Origin: Mytilus trossulus
Taxonomy: Eukaryota
DNA: 64,000 bases
NCBI RefSeq assembly: GCF_036588685.1
Contig: NC_086379.1
Coordinates: 84,258,001-84,322,000 of the forward strand
Direction of reading: 5' to 3'
Shown here: positions 27,310 through 40,903 of the stretch, piece after piece
Numbering within the stretch: position 1 is the first letter of the stretch
Layout of the letters: the number at the start of each line of letters is the position of its first letter
Translations under genes and position numbers: made by a program
Notes under the pieces: generated by a model
The model's input: the letters and a program-made list of their open reading frames with translations, nothing else
Database searches by the model: none
What the model was told of the DNA's origin: nothing

Positions 27310-29191
27310 CAACTGTACCCACAAAAAATTGGTATGCAACGAATTAATAATGGATCCACTGTATTGCCTTTATTTGTTATGGCCATTTGTCAGTTTGCCT
27401 TCGATTTAAGAAGTTTGAATGCAAGTGGTACATTCCAACTCTTTTACTGTTCATTCATCTAAATGTATATGTTTTCTTGCTTGAGAACTTTTTTGTCACT
27501 TTTCTAATAAAAATCGTTGATTACTAAAGGCAACAGTAGTATACCGATGTTCATTTGAACTTTTTTTGGTGGTTGTCTCATTGCCAATGATTGGTATTAT
27601 AAAACTGAAACAATTTTTTCTAAAAGACAAAACAAAAAAAGAAAAATCACAAAAATTCTGAATCGGAAGAAAATTTAAAACGGAAAGGAGTCTCATTGGC
27701 ACTCACACCACATCTTCCTATATCTATAAATATACCATTTTGTTTAATACAGTAATATCTTGTTTTTTTCTGTTTAGCAAAGCAACATGAACTATATGTA
27801 TATAATCTAAGTCAACTGTTTGATTTAATTGTCTGCCATTCAATTCACCAAACGAAGCAATCGAGAAGGATAATTAAGTAAATAAACTCACTTTGCATAT
27901 TTTATGTTCGTATGAACGATTGGTCTTTTCGGTCAATTTGTTCTTGTTGATTTTGACGTTGTGGCCGATGTGTTGATTTTGTAATCTAATTCTGTATTAT
28001 TTGGTTTGCATGCATTATATTTGTCACTTTAATTTACGGCAATTCTATCTGAAGCGCCTAGTAATGGGATGAAATCACACAGTAACCATTTGAACACTTC
28101 ATTTTAACAGAGATATGTATTGAATCTTTCTTTCATATTAAATGGACACGACAGTATCACCATCTCTTTCGAGGTTGTCAATGGTTATCCATTTTTATAT
28201 TTATTTCAAGCATAATAAAGCTGACTTTACGGTATGTGTTTTTCTCATTGATCATTTATGTAAAAAGTATAGGAACAACTCAAACGTGAAAATAAACAGT
28301 TTGGTTTACGGTAAAGCAACTAGCGAAAGGCAAACAGAAAACCGACGATTAACTACTGACTTACAGTTGCCTGGCTTCGTACATGAACATACTGAATATA
28401 GCGTGGTTAAACATAGGTTTGTGCGTTTAGTACTATCATCATATAATTTATCCTGAATCAAAATTACTAGATCTGTTTGAAATGGATCGACACATTACAC
28501 AGATAAATGTTAGTTCATTTCCTCTCGTTAAATTGAATCAGGCATACCTTTATTTGAATATTAATCAAAATACGTTAGAAATGCCCTTTATCTACGTCGT
28601 TTCTTCTCGTCAATGTGATTATACAAATCTTTGTTTAAGATTCACCTATATCAATATTTGACAGTATAGATACTTTAGAGGGCAGGCTTTCCTAAACAAG
28701 AAGGTGTAAAACCGAAATACCAGTTGGGGTTTTCAACCACAATATTTACTCAATTCTTATCTTTACTATCTTGTCTAATGCGAATATTTGTTCAAAACGA
28801 TTTGTCTGTGCATGCTATTTATCAATAAAGGGAGACCTGATGTGGTACTAAAATAATACTTCTAAATGCTCAAGCATCAAATAATATATTATATATACAG
28901 TAGATCCCGCAAAAGTAATTCTTCATATGTTTATTCTCTACATCGAACAAAATGACAAACACTAGCTCTAGGAAGTTGTCATCCCTTTCTTTTCATTTAA
29001 TATTGCACGATTCTTATAAATATATAAGTTTAAACAGGCTCTTACCTACACCCTTAAACCAGACAGTACAATAGATATAGTGCAAGTTCATTTCGTTGGC
29101 CGTACGTTTGCCTTGAATTGTTTTCATCCACTTTATTTGACCTTTGATTGATAGTTGTCTAATTGTGTCATATCACATTTCTATAATTAGT

Positions 29192-29715
29192 ATAAATGCA
29201 ACAGTAGTATACAGCTGTTTGACATTCATAAATCGATTGAGAAAAAACAAATCCGGGTAACAAACTATAACTGAGGGAAACACATCAAATATAAGAGAAG
29301 ACCTACGACACAACAGAAACACAACATTAAAATGCATGTAACACACACAGAAACTATAATATAACAATGGCCATTTACCTGACTTGGTATAGGACATTTG
29401 AAGAAAATATTTTCGAGTTGACACTGGTTTTGTGGCTAGCCAAACCTCCCGCTTTAATGGCGATGTTAAACATAACATTAAAATGAGAACATCACATGAC
29501 AGGACTACAACGCAAATAAATGGGAAAACTTATAGGACAGAAAAAACACACGAATTATAGCTAACAAAACGTACCAGGTTTAAAATTTAATACGCCAGAC
29601 ACAAGTTTCGTCCAAACAAGACTAACCAGTGACGCTCAGATGAAAAAAGTTTGAAAGCCAAAACAAGTACAAAGTTGAAGAGCAGTGAGGACGAAAAGTT
29701 CCAAAAAAGTTGTAC
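29192..29715. mobile_element. Family A copy (+) joined to family E fragment (-)
   Basis: ATAAATGCAACAGTAGTATAC at 29192; CCAGTGACGCTCAG near 29626. Confidence 0.7.
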
Positions 29716-29956
29716 TGGTTAAATACTGGATTATGGAAATAAATATTTTTAAAATTTTGCTTTGCATACCAAAAACATTTAACCACAATTTGAGACTATA
29801 TGGTGACGGTGCCGAGAGAGCCAAGAGCTTTAAACTAGTATGGATTGTTTTTCTGAAGTTTTCGTTTAAAGATCTTTTTATTTCACTGATAAGTCTGATC
29901 CTGGTTTTAGTTAGGGCTTAATATGTAGATCCTTGGTAGCCTTAATGTACTTTTTC

Positions 29957-31072
29957 TAGTGTTGTCAAATCGTACACTTTTGTCTAACCGGTTACTCGGA
30001 TAATCGTTCGACCGATTAACCGGTTAACCGGTAATTTAAGTTGGTGTTTGAAAGCCTTATCAATAGAACCCTACACATAGATATACGATGTGGCATGGGT
30101 GTCAATTTGACAACCTTTCATCTATAAGTCATAAATGAGCTTTTAGTATTGAAGATTTTCCTTTAGCATTATAAGCCTTGTCTGTGAGGTTTCTTGGCGA
30201 AGTTTGACTTAATAATCAAATACACCGTATCAACTGTTACAGTAGCGTGTGTACCAACTTCAGATTAAAAAATCAAAAAAAAAATCTTAATCTCGTAGAA
30301 TTGAATATATCATATGTCTGAAACCGAATATTCTTTCCTTTTCTCTCGTTGTCTCCGAAAATAATGGGGTGTGTACCTATATGTTGTAAAACATTTGGTT
30401 AATAAAGAATTGTTTCAACTTGAAATGATTAATTATAAAAAAAGAAGATGTGGTATGATTGCCAATGAGACAATTCTTCACAAGAGACCAAAATGACACA
30501 GAAATTAACAACTATAGGTCATTGTACATGCTGTACGACCCGTTTCTTCACTCTGTTTTGTTTTTGTTTAAGCATGTAACTCGTACTTTCACGTATACAT
30601 TGAGTACATTCACATTGGGTTGCATTTCACAATTTTGGAATTTAAAGTAAGACTAACCCTTGCACTACGGAGGTTGCACATTTAAATGTAGGTTTACACA
30701 ATATTAGATCGAAAACGAAATAATAAAGTAATTAGTAAAATTAAATCTCATTACTGATTTAAAGTTACTGTTAAAACAACATGTTTACTAATTATGCTTC
30801 TTAAAGATCTTGCCCCGAACTCTAATTAATTTTATGTTTTTAGGATTAACAATAGCATTCAATATACTGTACAATTGATCTGTCAAACTAATTACCACAA
30901 AGACAATTTTTAAATGAAATATAACTATTTAATGATTTGATTTTTAACACCAATTTAGTTAAAATCTATCGTAATTGAAAAAAAGACCGGTTAACCGGTT
31001 AGCGTTTTTAGTATTCGGTATTCGGTCGTTCGACCGATTAACCGGTTAACCGGTTAACCGTTGACAACACTA
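29957..31072. mobile_element. Non-autonomous hAT-type DNA transposon
   Basis: 12-bp TIR TAGTGTTGTCAA / TTGACAACACTA; 8-bp TSD ACTTTTTC / ATTTTTTC (7 of 8 match); subterminal (TTAACCGG)n at both ends; family B fragment inside; no transposase ORF. Confidence 0.85.
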
Positions 31073-31654
31073 ATTTTTTCACAATTTTTCTAATTTTCCA
31101 AAAACAGGGGGAGTTCAAACATAAAGACACTTAATTAATGATAAAGAACATTATTATACGCTTTAAACATCTTGTGTTTCTATATATACATGGGTTATTG
31201 GGTTATCATGTGGGATACAGTAGTTTACTAACAAAGAAAAAACGAGTTTACACACCTAAATATTTTCTGTAAATGTTTCACTTATCTCTGGTTTGATCAG
31301 TTCCTATAAACTGTGGTCAGTTAGTTCCTATAAACTTTGGTCAGTTAGTGTATATAAAATGTGGTCGCCTAGTTCACAAACAATATATTTCCTATATTTC
31401 AATTTAGCGAGGAAAGAGTTGTATCTTTATGGCCATCATCAGGATAGAACGTTTAAAAGCCAGTCATAAAATTATCATTTCTATTTTACTATGGGATTGA
31501 AGTAAATTGCCTTTAGTTTTTATAGATTTGTTACAATCCATTAATTATAGATGTTCTGATAATAAGTGTGGACACATATGAATGTCTTACTTACATAATT
31601 TATGTAAGACTGCTGATACTTATATTGAATTAGTCGTATTAGATTTTAATGAGA

Positions 31655-31846
31655 TAAGAGGGACGAAAGAGACCAAAGGGACAGTCAAACTCATAAATCT
31701 AAAATAAACCGACAACACCATGGATAAAAATGAAAAAGATAAACAGACAAAATATTGTACACATGACACAACATAGAAAACTGAAGAATAAACAATACGA
31801 ACCCCACCAAAAACTAGGGGTGATCTCAGGTGCTCCGGAAGGGTAA
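31655..31846 (+). mobile_element. Repeat family D copy (truncated)
   Basis: Closely matches 4360-4550. Confidence 0.75.
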
Positions 31847-32737
31847 TTATGAATTGTAGCAAAATCAATTAAGAAAAAGAGTTGAGTTATAAAGGAAACT
31901 ATAAACTGTCTTATTCACGAGGTCACATAATTTTGCAGCTGCTACCTAAGTCTTAGCTTTTGACTTGGTCCATACAACAAGACAAAGGTAAGGTCAACCT
32001 TGTCGGACAGATTATCTTAACCTCCCAAGCATACACAGAATACATTTGGCCTATTGTAAGTACAGGGGACTATTCCAGTATGTCCAAGGCATTGATAAGA
32101 GTTCCTGTGAACAGATTACCATCACAATACAATCTAATTAAAATTAAATCTCTGCACTTGCTCAACGTTGTTTATAGGAAGTGCAGAGCTTTAATTTTAA
32201 TAAGATTGATCACAATATGTCCAAGTTCTAAAATCTTTACATAATTTATACAATTGGGATTAGAAGATATTTTCTAAAATCAAGACTTTTCAGTCAATGA
32301 AATATCAATGTTCAGCTATGGACTATATGTATATTTAATATATATAATTTTTATTGTAAGTATCCTTTCAGTAAAACAACTTTGTTATACTTATATAACT
32401 GACACATGCATGTTCAATTCCAAGTTACATTTGTTATTTTTTAATTGTTTTAATATGATTCTTATCACAGATAATATATAATAAATATTTCCCTATGCCC
32501 TATAAGTTCATGGATGATCAAGTTGGCATATTTATTTGTCCTTCGTCCTCCGTAACTATTGGAAACAAATGTATAACCAATAGAACAGCATGTCAAATTA
32601 ACAATATAACACTATCAGTGCATGGGTATCAATAATGTATAATACACAAAATGATTCCACATAAAAGTTTTGTTTCAAATGCATAAATTAATACAAAGTA
32701 AACTTTTGTCATAAAATCCCCCAATCTATAAATAGAA

Positions 32738-33010
32738 TCAACTTGTTGTTCCTTCATTATCTGATGAGTCGGCATTGTCTGTTAACATTCCAAACTTTTT
32801 CAACACTTTATGTTGTCTTGTTGTCCTGAGTGTTTTTAAATCACCAGCATATTGTTGTTCCCTGACTAACTGTTTCTTCTGCTCCTGGAGATCCAGTTGA
32901 TGAGCCTTGTAAGCACGGGTTATATTTATTAGATCCAGTAATTCTTTCCTAAGCTGTCTATTTTCTGTCTTAATTCTATTTGTGTGATCTGTTAAACATT
33001 GAATGGCTTC
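32738..33010 (-). CDS. CCDC166: CCDC166-like exon 6 (terminal)
   Basis: Acceptor TTTCAG, EAIQCLTDH...EGTTS, then TGA; AATAAA on minus strand at 32350-32355. Confidence 0.85.
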   Translation of the reverse strand, partial: EAIQCLTDHTNRIKTENRQLRKELLDLINITRAYKAHQLDLQEQKKQLVREQQYAGDLKTLRTTRQHKVLKKFGMLTDNADSSDNEGTTS

Positions 33011-36000
33011 CTGAAATAAGATAAATAGTTCTTATTAACTTTAATTGAGAAGATAACCTTTAAAAGAGCCTGTTATTCTTACCTGGTACTTTTATGTATT
33101 ACCAGTAAGTTAAATCTGTATATAGCCTTTAAGTGAACTTTCGAAAGATGAAATTTCATTTTTACCATCATTTGATGATAATGTGTCTAGCATGAAAAGA
33201 CAGAGTTTCTGACCATTACACTAGATCAATCAAAAGAGGTAGTTTCACTTGGAGAGTGATCTATAACTTACAAAGAGGTGGGTTAAGAATGAAAATAAGG
33301 TGAAAAAAAATGAACATGTGTCCGACAGGAACTTTGTAAATAAGGCATGTATACAAAACAGGAGGTATGCCCAGGTCTTCTAGCTTCAGAAATATAGAGC
33401 TTCATACAAATGGTTTAAGCTGTTGCAACTGCCTGTCTACAATCTTTATGTTTCAGATGCAACTCTTTTCAATAAAGTTTTATCATTTATTTAAAAACAT
33501 ACAACTACAAATAAATAATGTAACTGTTTCTATTATATGAAAGGACTGTAATAAATCAGGGCAGATCCAGCCATTTTAAAAAGGAGGTTCCCAACCCAGG
33601 ATAAAGGAGGGATTCCAACCATATATCTCCATTCAAATGCATTGATGGTCTAAAAATAAAGGGGATTCCAACCCAAGGACATCCCCTGGATCAGCAGCTG
33701 CTTATCTATTTAATATATAGACTCCTTCTTGTACAAACTTAAAGTAATAAAATCAATACAAGATTTATATTTTAATGAATCAGATAAAAAGAGATCGTCT
33801 GTGACATTTTAAAATAATTGCAGTTTATTCTATTGTATTCAAACTATTGAATTATTTGTCTAGAACTATACAAGATTAACATCATTTCGGTAAATAATTA
33901 TGCTACAGACAAAACTTGTAAAGTATGTTAGCCTATAAACTCTAAAATAATAAAGTCATCTATATCTATTTCAGACATCTACTTTTAAAATTCTTACCAG
34001 GGGAGATAATCATCTTATGACATACATACTGCAGACTTACAATTATTGATAATAAATAAAGAGCTGATGAATCAATGCCTCCTATGTTTTGTGCTGATAG
34101 ATAGATATAGGAATAAGAGTTCCCTTAAGTGGATACCAGATTATAGATAATATTTACCCTTTTAAACTTATAATAATGTGCTAAAAGTCAATTAAATTGC
34201 AGAGGATAAAAAAATCCTAAAAATTATTCTAGAAGGTTTAAATTGTTATGGCTACCCCAAAATTGCTCCCTCAATCATTTCTTTGTACCTAAAACATCAA
34301 TTTTGTACTTTGTTTTCTTTCTTGACCGGCAAGATTCATAAATGTTAAAATAGGTGAAGCCTGCAAATCTCCTTTCAATCATTGAAGAACTACGTACATG
34401 TTCTGATATTATTTTCTCTGATCTCTGACTATTGCTAAACAATTGTATAAAAAATCTTTCTCAGTACACACACACTAACATTTCTGTTTTATGTCATAAA
34501 TGTCTTGGAATGAAAGGTTACACATAAAATCACACTATCAAATTATATTTTATGATGCAAGTAAATCATATTTCAATTAAATCAGAAATCCTAAAACTAA
34601 TAAAGGAAACAGTTGAGAAAATCTTTTAATAATTAATCATAAAGACATTCAAAGGCCAATAACTCTAAATTGTCTCTTTAAAATAGTGGTCTGCCATAAA
34701 TTGTCTCAGAACTTTTGGTGCGTCATAAGTTGTCTTTGATCATAATTTTACTATTTTTCCCATGAAACTCACTATCTAAGATATTACTCAAACCAAATAT
34801 TACAGCACAAAGTTACTTTTCATAAACAAGAAGATTAAGAAATAATTGAAAACTGAGATAATATCATTTATGTAATTTTAAAGCAATGTAATAAATAAAG
34901 TTTTAATTGATTTCCTAATCCCGATATTTAATTGTGGTGCTTGAAAATGATTTAATTTAGTTCAGCTCAGGTACTTGAACGTCAATAAAAATATATAACC
35001 TTTAACAAAATCATATAAACACTGCAATTCAATTACAGACTAATATATAATTATTTAATGTATCATAATGTTAGTCATTTAATGTGGAATCAGAATTCGA
35101 AAGTAGGAAGGCTTTTTGATGAAGGGTAAAATACTCAGTAGAAATTATTAAGGTGGGTGCAAAATAAACATGTCAAAACAAAAGACTTAATTCTAACTTT
35201 GTACCAATTTGACTAGATTATGATATGTAAAATAAAACTCAGATAATACATGTACCGATATATCATTTGAAATCTATCTAAATTGACTGTTAATAAGGAA
35301 ATTTAATAAAAATGCTTAAATTTAACAAATTCTAAATATTTATTTTTTTTTCAAATCAGATCTGACACTTCTAAACTAACAATGTGACTTGATAATTGTT
35401 TTCACTAACTATTGAATTTAACCAGAAAAGTCGTCTATGACAAAGTCATTATTTGATTGTTGGAGTTTTAACGTTACTTTTAAGCACCGCATTTTGTGGC
35501 AGCCAGTTTGTATTGATGGAGGAAGCCAGAGTGCCCAGAAAAAAACACTGACCATCAAAAGAAAAACTGACAATCCTAGTCAATTAAGATGGGAGTAAAG
35601 TACACCCGCACAAGTGTGAAGACTAAGTCATTATAAAGATAGACTACTCGACTTCGTTACAAGGGAGCTTGTCTGTATTATGGCAGCTCTGAGTGATTAT
35701 CATGATGATTAACAATAATGTGTGTTCAAATAAAGGGAGATAATTCATACTATTGTACTTCACATCCAAATGATCCAAATGACAAATTTGATTAGTTTAT
35801 ACAAGGTGGACATTAAACTCTATTAAACAATTCAACAAGAGACAATTTTTTCCAATAACACCTAAATAATGTAAGCAACTGAGGCCTTTAATAATGAGCA
35901 AAACCAAAGTTGTATAGCAAGCTACAAAAGACACTGACATGAGAAAATGTAGTACAATTTAGAGAAAAAAAGCGACTACCTGTTTGCACCTGTCCTAAGT

Positions 36001-39000
36001 CAGAAATCTGATGTACAGTAGTTGTCGTTTGATATAAATTGTGATTTATATAGAGAGTTGTCTCATTGGCACTCATACCACATTTTTCTGTATCTGTATA
36101 CAAGAAAAGTACAAACCAAAAAATGAAAAAAACAAATATGATAGTCTGACATCCACCAAATAACCACTGATTTACAGGTCCCAGACATGTCACAGGCACA
36201 TACAGAGTGGTAAGGGTTTAAAGATGAATATGAGGTTACATTTTAATAGCAATGTTTATTGGCATGCAATAAAATTGAGAAAGGAAATGGGGAATGTGTC
36301 AAAGAGACAACAACCCGACAATAGAAAAAAACAACAGCAGAAGGTCACCAACAGGTCTTCAATGTAGCGAGAAATTCCCGCACCCGGAGGCGTCCTTCAG
36401 CTGGCCCCTAAACAAATATATACTAGTTCAGTGATAATGAACGCCATACTAATTTCCAAATTGTACATGCTGTTTAATTACCTTATTAGCTAATCTCTCC
36501 AGTGTATTAATCTTCTCCCTAGAATCTTCCTCGTATTCTTTCTTGTCTTTAAGGAAGGTAGATTTTACTTGTTGTATTGTATCTGAATGTTTGGCTCTCA
36601 TCTGCATCACTTCAGCTTCAAGGCTTTTTATCTTAGACAACTGTTCATCTTGTAAATCCTTTATTCAATCAAAAGACATGGCATGATTTTTATTGTAGCA
36701 TAAAAAGACAAATATTACCATAATTGTTTTTAAAAGTAAGGTAATAACACCTGATTCAAAGTGCTTTTATTTTTTTAAATCTTCAACATATAAGGAAATA
36801 AAACATATACTATCAATATCAGTAGATAATCAAATAAACAATTCCTTATTTGGAGTTTTTTGTTTTCTATTTGTGTCTATTAGGTTTTGGTGAAGAATGA
36901 TTGAAAATAACCAGATCATAATTATTTTTAACTGAAACAAATTATTTTATAAAGATTCCAAAAAATCATCAGTAAAGACCTTCCATAATATATAATTTAA
37001 AAATATATATGTACTTCCTCTTTGCTCTCACATATATTTTTGAAGTGGATAATAGATTAGTGATTCCTATATAGTTGTCTTTTAAGTACAGACTTGTTTT
37101 TATAAATTACAATTCTGCAGTTGTTTTTACAGAAAATTTTCAATTGCTGCTTTTCAACCAGTTGTATATATCTTTAAAGAATGTCTCTGTTGTTTTCTTC
37201 TAATGTTCTATCATTACTTGTTACCTTATATTCTTGAAGTTGTGACAGTTCTTCTGTTGTTTTCTTTAAGGTATTTTCTTTCTCCATTAACAGTTTTTGT
37301 AGTGCTTCCTTTTTCTCGTTAAATTCTAGTTCCATGAGACTTTTCTCATCTTGTATGTCCTGAATTTCATGTTTGTAATGGTCACTGAGAGTTATAATGG
37401 CCGTCTTTCTCATGGTTTCCTTTGTATCCATATAACTCATGTACTCATGCTACAAAATATGACACGACATTAAACAATCATCAATAAATCAATCCAAGAA
37501 ATATGTAGACACACTTAAGTCTAGTTTATACAACAAAACAAATAATTTTAAGACCTATTTAGTATGAAATTTTGAAAATATTGTGTTGACTGTTATATTC
37601 TAAAGTTACCTCATAGAATGCATATTATGTTTATGATGTACATGTACATGTAAATACAAAATATAAATAAACTTAAAAAATTCATTATGACCAAATAGAA
37701 ATTTCAAAATCAGATGTTGCCATTTTTTCTTCTGTCAATTAAATAGTAGCTACATGCTATAATTGAACACATAACAATAAAACTGACTGTATCAATAACA
37801 CTGAAATGTTTATTAAACTTTCTCTAGTTGTTTAGTAAAGGCTTATATCCTATATCAGCAAATATAAGGACATCTGACACCTAACTACAGTAACATCTAT
37901 AATTATTTTCACTTTTAAAAGTTGCATGATTGTACTTGTATACACACTTACGCTTTCCATTTTAACTCTGTTAGCTTCCTGTTGTAACCATTCATGTTCT
38001 TTACGTCTGACAGAGAATTAAAGAAATTCAACACACACCATAATGTATAATGGACATTGAAGATTGTATTGAAATGTAAGGATATGATCTTTGATTTTGA
38101 AATCCTAACTTATGTTATATGCAATTATTTTATTCAATGGTTGTGATTGGATGACTATCAACGTAAAACTATCAATCTACTTGTCAGTAATTTAGGCTAG
38201 GGAAGATGTAATACAATGTATTGAATTTCAGAAAGTGTAACATTTTGCACTTAGAAATCTTCTATTTATATAATTTCAATATTCATCACTGTCAGGAGAA
38301 ACCCAGAGAATTTGCATAATAGAAGCCTCAATTGATGACAAATTTACGGCAATACTTTACACAACATAATCTTATATTTGTCATCAATGTTATGCCTTTT
38401 TTCTATATATATATGGTGTACACCCATTGTGCAGTGTTTAATTTACATGCAGTATATCATTTACTAGTAACAGTAAGAAAAGATACAGTTCTTGTACTCT
38501 GGCTCTGTTGGTTTCCAGTTCATTTGTAACTTTTTCCAGTCTGAAATTAAAACAGTTTATATCATCATTCATTATTTATTATACATACATTACATACATA
38601 CATTAAATCTTTCAAATTAATGTAATGCTTACATTAATTTGTAAGATTTTCTATGATAATATAATTTAATATTACATCACATGTGTAGATAGTATTATAC
38701 ATGATATATAGGTATAGAGATATAGGGGAAGGATTGAGATCTCGTAAACACATTTAACCTCTCTGCATATTTGCGCCTGTCCAAAGTCAGGAGCCTCTGG
38801 CCTTTTTTAGTCTTGTATTATTTCTAATTTTAGTTTCTTGTGTACAATTTGGAGTTTAGTAAGGCGCATTATCATTGAACTAGTATATATATTTGTTAAG
38901 GGGCCATCTGAAGGACGCCTCCGGGTGCGTGAATTTCTCGCTGCATTGAAGACCTGTTGGTGACCTTCTGCTGTTGTTTTTTTATTTGGTCGGGTTGTAG

Positions 39001-40903
39001 ACTCTGACACATTCCCCACTTCCATTCTCAATTTTATATATTATGTACTGTGTTACAACACTAGATAATAAAGGGCTGCGCTTTAGCGCATGATACGCCC
39101 GTTGCTCTTTTAACTTGTCTTTTATGCTTTAAATATGATCAACTAGAAATAGTGTGAGCCCTGTCAAAAATACCCCCCCCCCCCCCAAAAAAAAAAATAA
39201 TAAATAAAAATGCACAAAAAATTGGCACTATTAAGGTCAATAGATATAAACAATTTATCAAAGTTGCATAAAATCTTGTGAAAGTGTTAGTTACAATGTA
39301 TTGTCCCAAAATTTGAAAATCCCCCCTTTTTTAGCATAAAAATTCATAACATGGAAATGTAAAATCTGAAATTTATAAAAATTAAAAGGGAGCTTACATC
39401 AATAGATATAAACAATTCAACAAAGTTTCATGGACATTGGTGAAAGCCTTTTTGAGTTATTGTCCGAAGTGTTGAAAATCCCCCCTTTTTTATGAATAAA
39501 GCTCCATAAATCCAAAACTTAAAATCTGAAATTAAAAAAAAATGAAAGGGAGCTTACGTCAATAGATATAAACAATTCACTTAAGTTTCATGGAAATTGG
39601 TGTAAGTGTTTTTGAGTTATTGTCCGAAGTGTGGACGACAGACAGACGGACAACGGTATACCATAATACGGCCCGTCTAAAAGAAGACGGGCGTATAAAA
39701 ACTGGTACCTTGAAGTTGACTGACTGAATAACACTTGAAATTCTAATATTAGCATGTACAATGTATAAGTGACTTTTAAAGATTGATTAGTCAGCAACCA
39801 TTTGATTTTCTGGGGGGGGGGGGGGCTATGGGTTTTTTTTTCTGGACAAATTTTTTTCTCGCCTGCAGCGAAAAACAATCTATTTTTTTCGTGACAAGTC
39901 AAAAACAATTTTTTCCTTTTAATTTATAGCATTACATATAGTGGCAGCTGAGGGTGAAACAAACAATTTTTTTTTATCAGAATCAAAAACAAATTATTTT
40001 TTTCTCCCAAAACTGAAAAACAAACTTTTTTTTTACAAAAAAAAACATGCCCCCCCCCCCCCCCGAAAAATCAAATGGTTGCTGCCTTATAGAAAAATAT
40101 GAAATTATAAAGGTTTTTATAACTTAAAAATGATATATAAAAAGCAGGCAATCTCATAAAGATTGTTATACATAAAGTGTGTACATCCAACATGGCGACC
40201 AAGAATAACGCAAATATACCATGTAACATCATGAACATGGTCACCAATAATTGGATGTACACACTTATTGACACTATATTTAAAACGATCTTTGTAAATT
40301 TACCTGCTTGCTGTAAATCATGTTTTTAAGTTTTTAATACACTAATAATATAATATTATTTAATAAACAATGTTTAAAAGTTCCAATATGTGTAAATATT
40401 AAGTGTAATTCGATCATTACAAGTATTTTTTCGGATAATAACAGTGTTATTCTCTCATTCCTGTTACCAGTAACCCGATAAAAATTGATGAGAAAAGATT
40501 AACATTTTAGATTATTCCGGGAAAAACACCATACAAACTTTTGAGATATTAATGATATTGATTATAGATTCTATATGGTTATGTCGCTACGACTTGTATA
40601 TTTGTTGGCCATATAAATATTAAATTACTATCTGAACTTTCAACGGTAAATAAAACAAAGTGATTTAGACGCACAAATTCATTAAATTATTGTCAATTTT
40701 GAATTCTTAACAATCATTCATGCCAATATTTTGATTTGTTCTATGTGACACTTGACTCACTCCTGTTGTAATATGACTTCTTTCTCCGATGGTTCTGGAG
40801 TTCTTGGCTTTTCTAGTCCTTCTCCTGCACCGTCATCTTTGTCTCCTTTACCTCCCTTCTTTCCTTTCTTTCCCTTTCCCTTTTTTCCTTTCTTGGGTGG
40901 CAT
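32738..40903 (-). CDS. CCDC166: Coiled-coil domain-containing protein 166-like (DUF4515 family), 6 exons, 308 aa
   Basis: Exons 40903-40761, 38540-38487, 38006-37952, 37449-37225, 36658-36482, 33010-32738; all GT-AG, total 927 nt in frame. MPPKKGKK N-terminus; LQEYKDLQDEQLSKIKSLEAE...FLKDK...HTNRIKTENRQLRKELL resembles vertebrate CCDC166 (recalled, not searched). Confidence 0.85.
33557..33699. mobile_element. Short MITE with degenerate CAGGGGCAGATCCAG / CTGGATCAGCAGCTG termini
   Basis: Imperfect terminal inverted repeats and an internal TTCCAACC repeat. Confidence 0.5.
36268..36466 (+). mobile_element. Repeat family C copy in CCDC166 intron 5
   Basis: Reverse complement of about 1670-1867 and 38840-39036. 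Confidence 0.8.
36482..36658 (-). CDS. CCDC166: CCDC166-like exon 5
   Basis: Weak acceptor TAAAG, DLQDEQ...LANK, donor GTAATT. Confidence 0.8.
37225..37449 (-). CDS. CCDC166: CCDC166-like exon 4
   Basis: Acceptor TTGTAG, HEYMSYM...LQEYK, donor GTAACA. Confidence 0.85.
37952..38006 (-). CDS. CCDC166: CCDC166-like exon 3
   Basis: Acceptor TGTCAG, RKEHEWLQQEANRVKMES, donor GTAAGT. Confidence 0.8.
38487..38540 (-). CDS. CCDC166: CCDC166-like exon 2
   Basis: Acceptor TTTCAG, LEKVTNELETNRARVQE, donor GTATCT, phase 2-2. Confidence 0.8.
38730..39036 (-). mobile_element. Repeat family C copy in CCDC166 intron 1
   Basis: Matches 1590-1867. Confidence 0.8.
39060..39701 (+). mobile_element. Pearl/HINE (Helentron-associated)-like non-autonomous element with tandem-repeat core
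   Basis: Subterminal inverted ATACGCCCG (39093) / CGGGCGTAT (39688); about 160-bp internal repeats (CAATAGATATAAACAATT three times); GACA/GACG microsatellite; 3' hairpin CCCGTCT...AGACGGG. Confidence 0.7.
39788..40089. mobile_element. MITE with TIRs CAGCAACCATTTGATTTT / AAAATCAAATGGTTGCTG and poly-G/poly-C subterminal tracts
   Basis: Inverted termini read directly. Confidence 0.85.
40761..40903 (-). CDS. CCDC166: CCDC166-like exon 1
   Basis: ATG at 40903, MPPKKGKKGKGKKGKKGGKGDKDD...ILQQ, donor GTGAGT. Confidence 0.85.

Noticed and set aside
20-29478. Short ORFs containing YTTVAF, KATVVYRC or GKWPLLYYS
   Set aside because: All fall in copies of repeat family A and have no splice or domain support
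33845-33875. TATTTGTCTAG resembling the U7 snRNA Sm site near LSM11 (also GAATTTGT within the 33-bp repeat)
   Set aside because: No 3' stem-loop follows and no plausible HDE-pairing 5' region is present; expected by chance in AT-rich DNA
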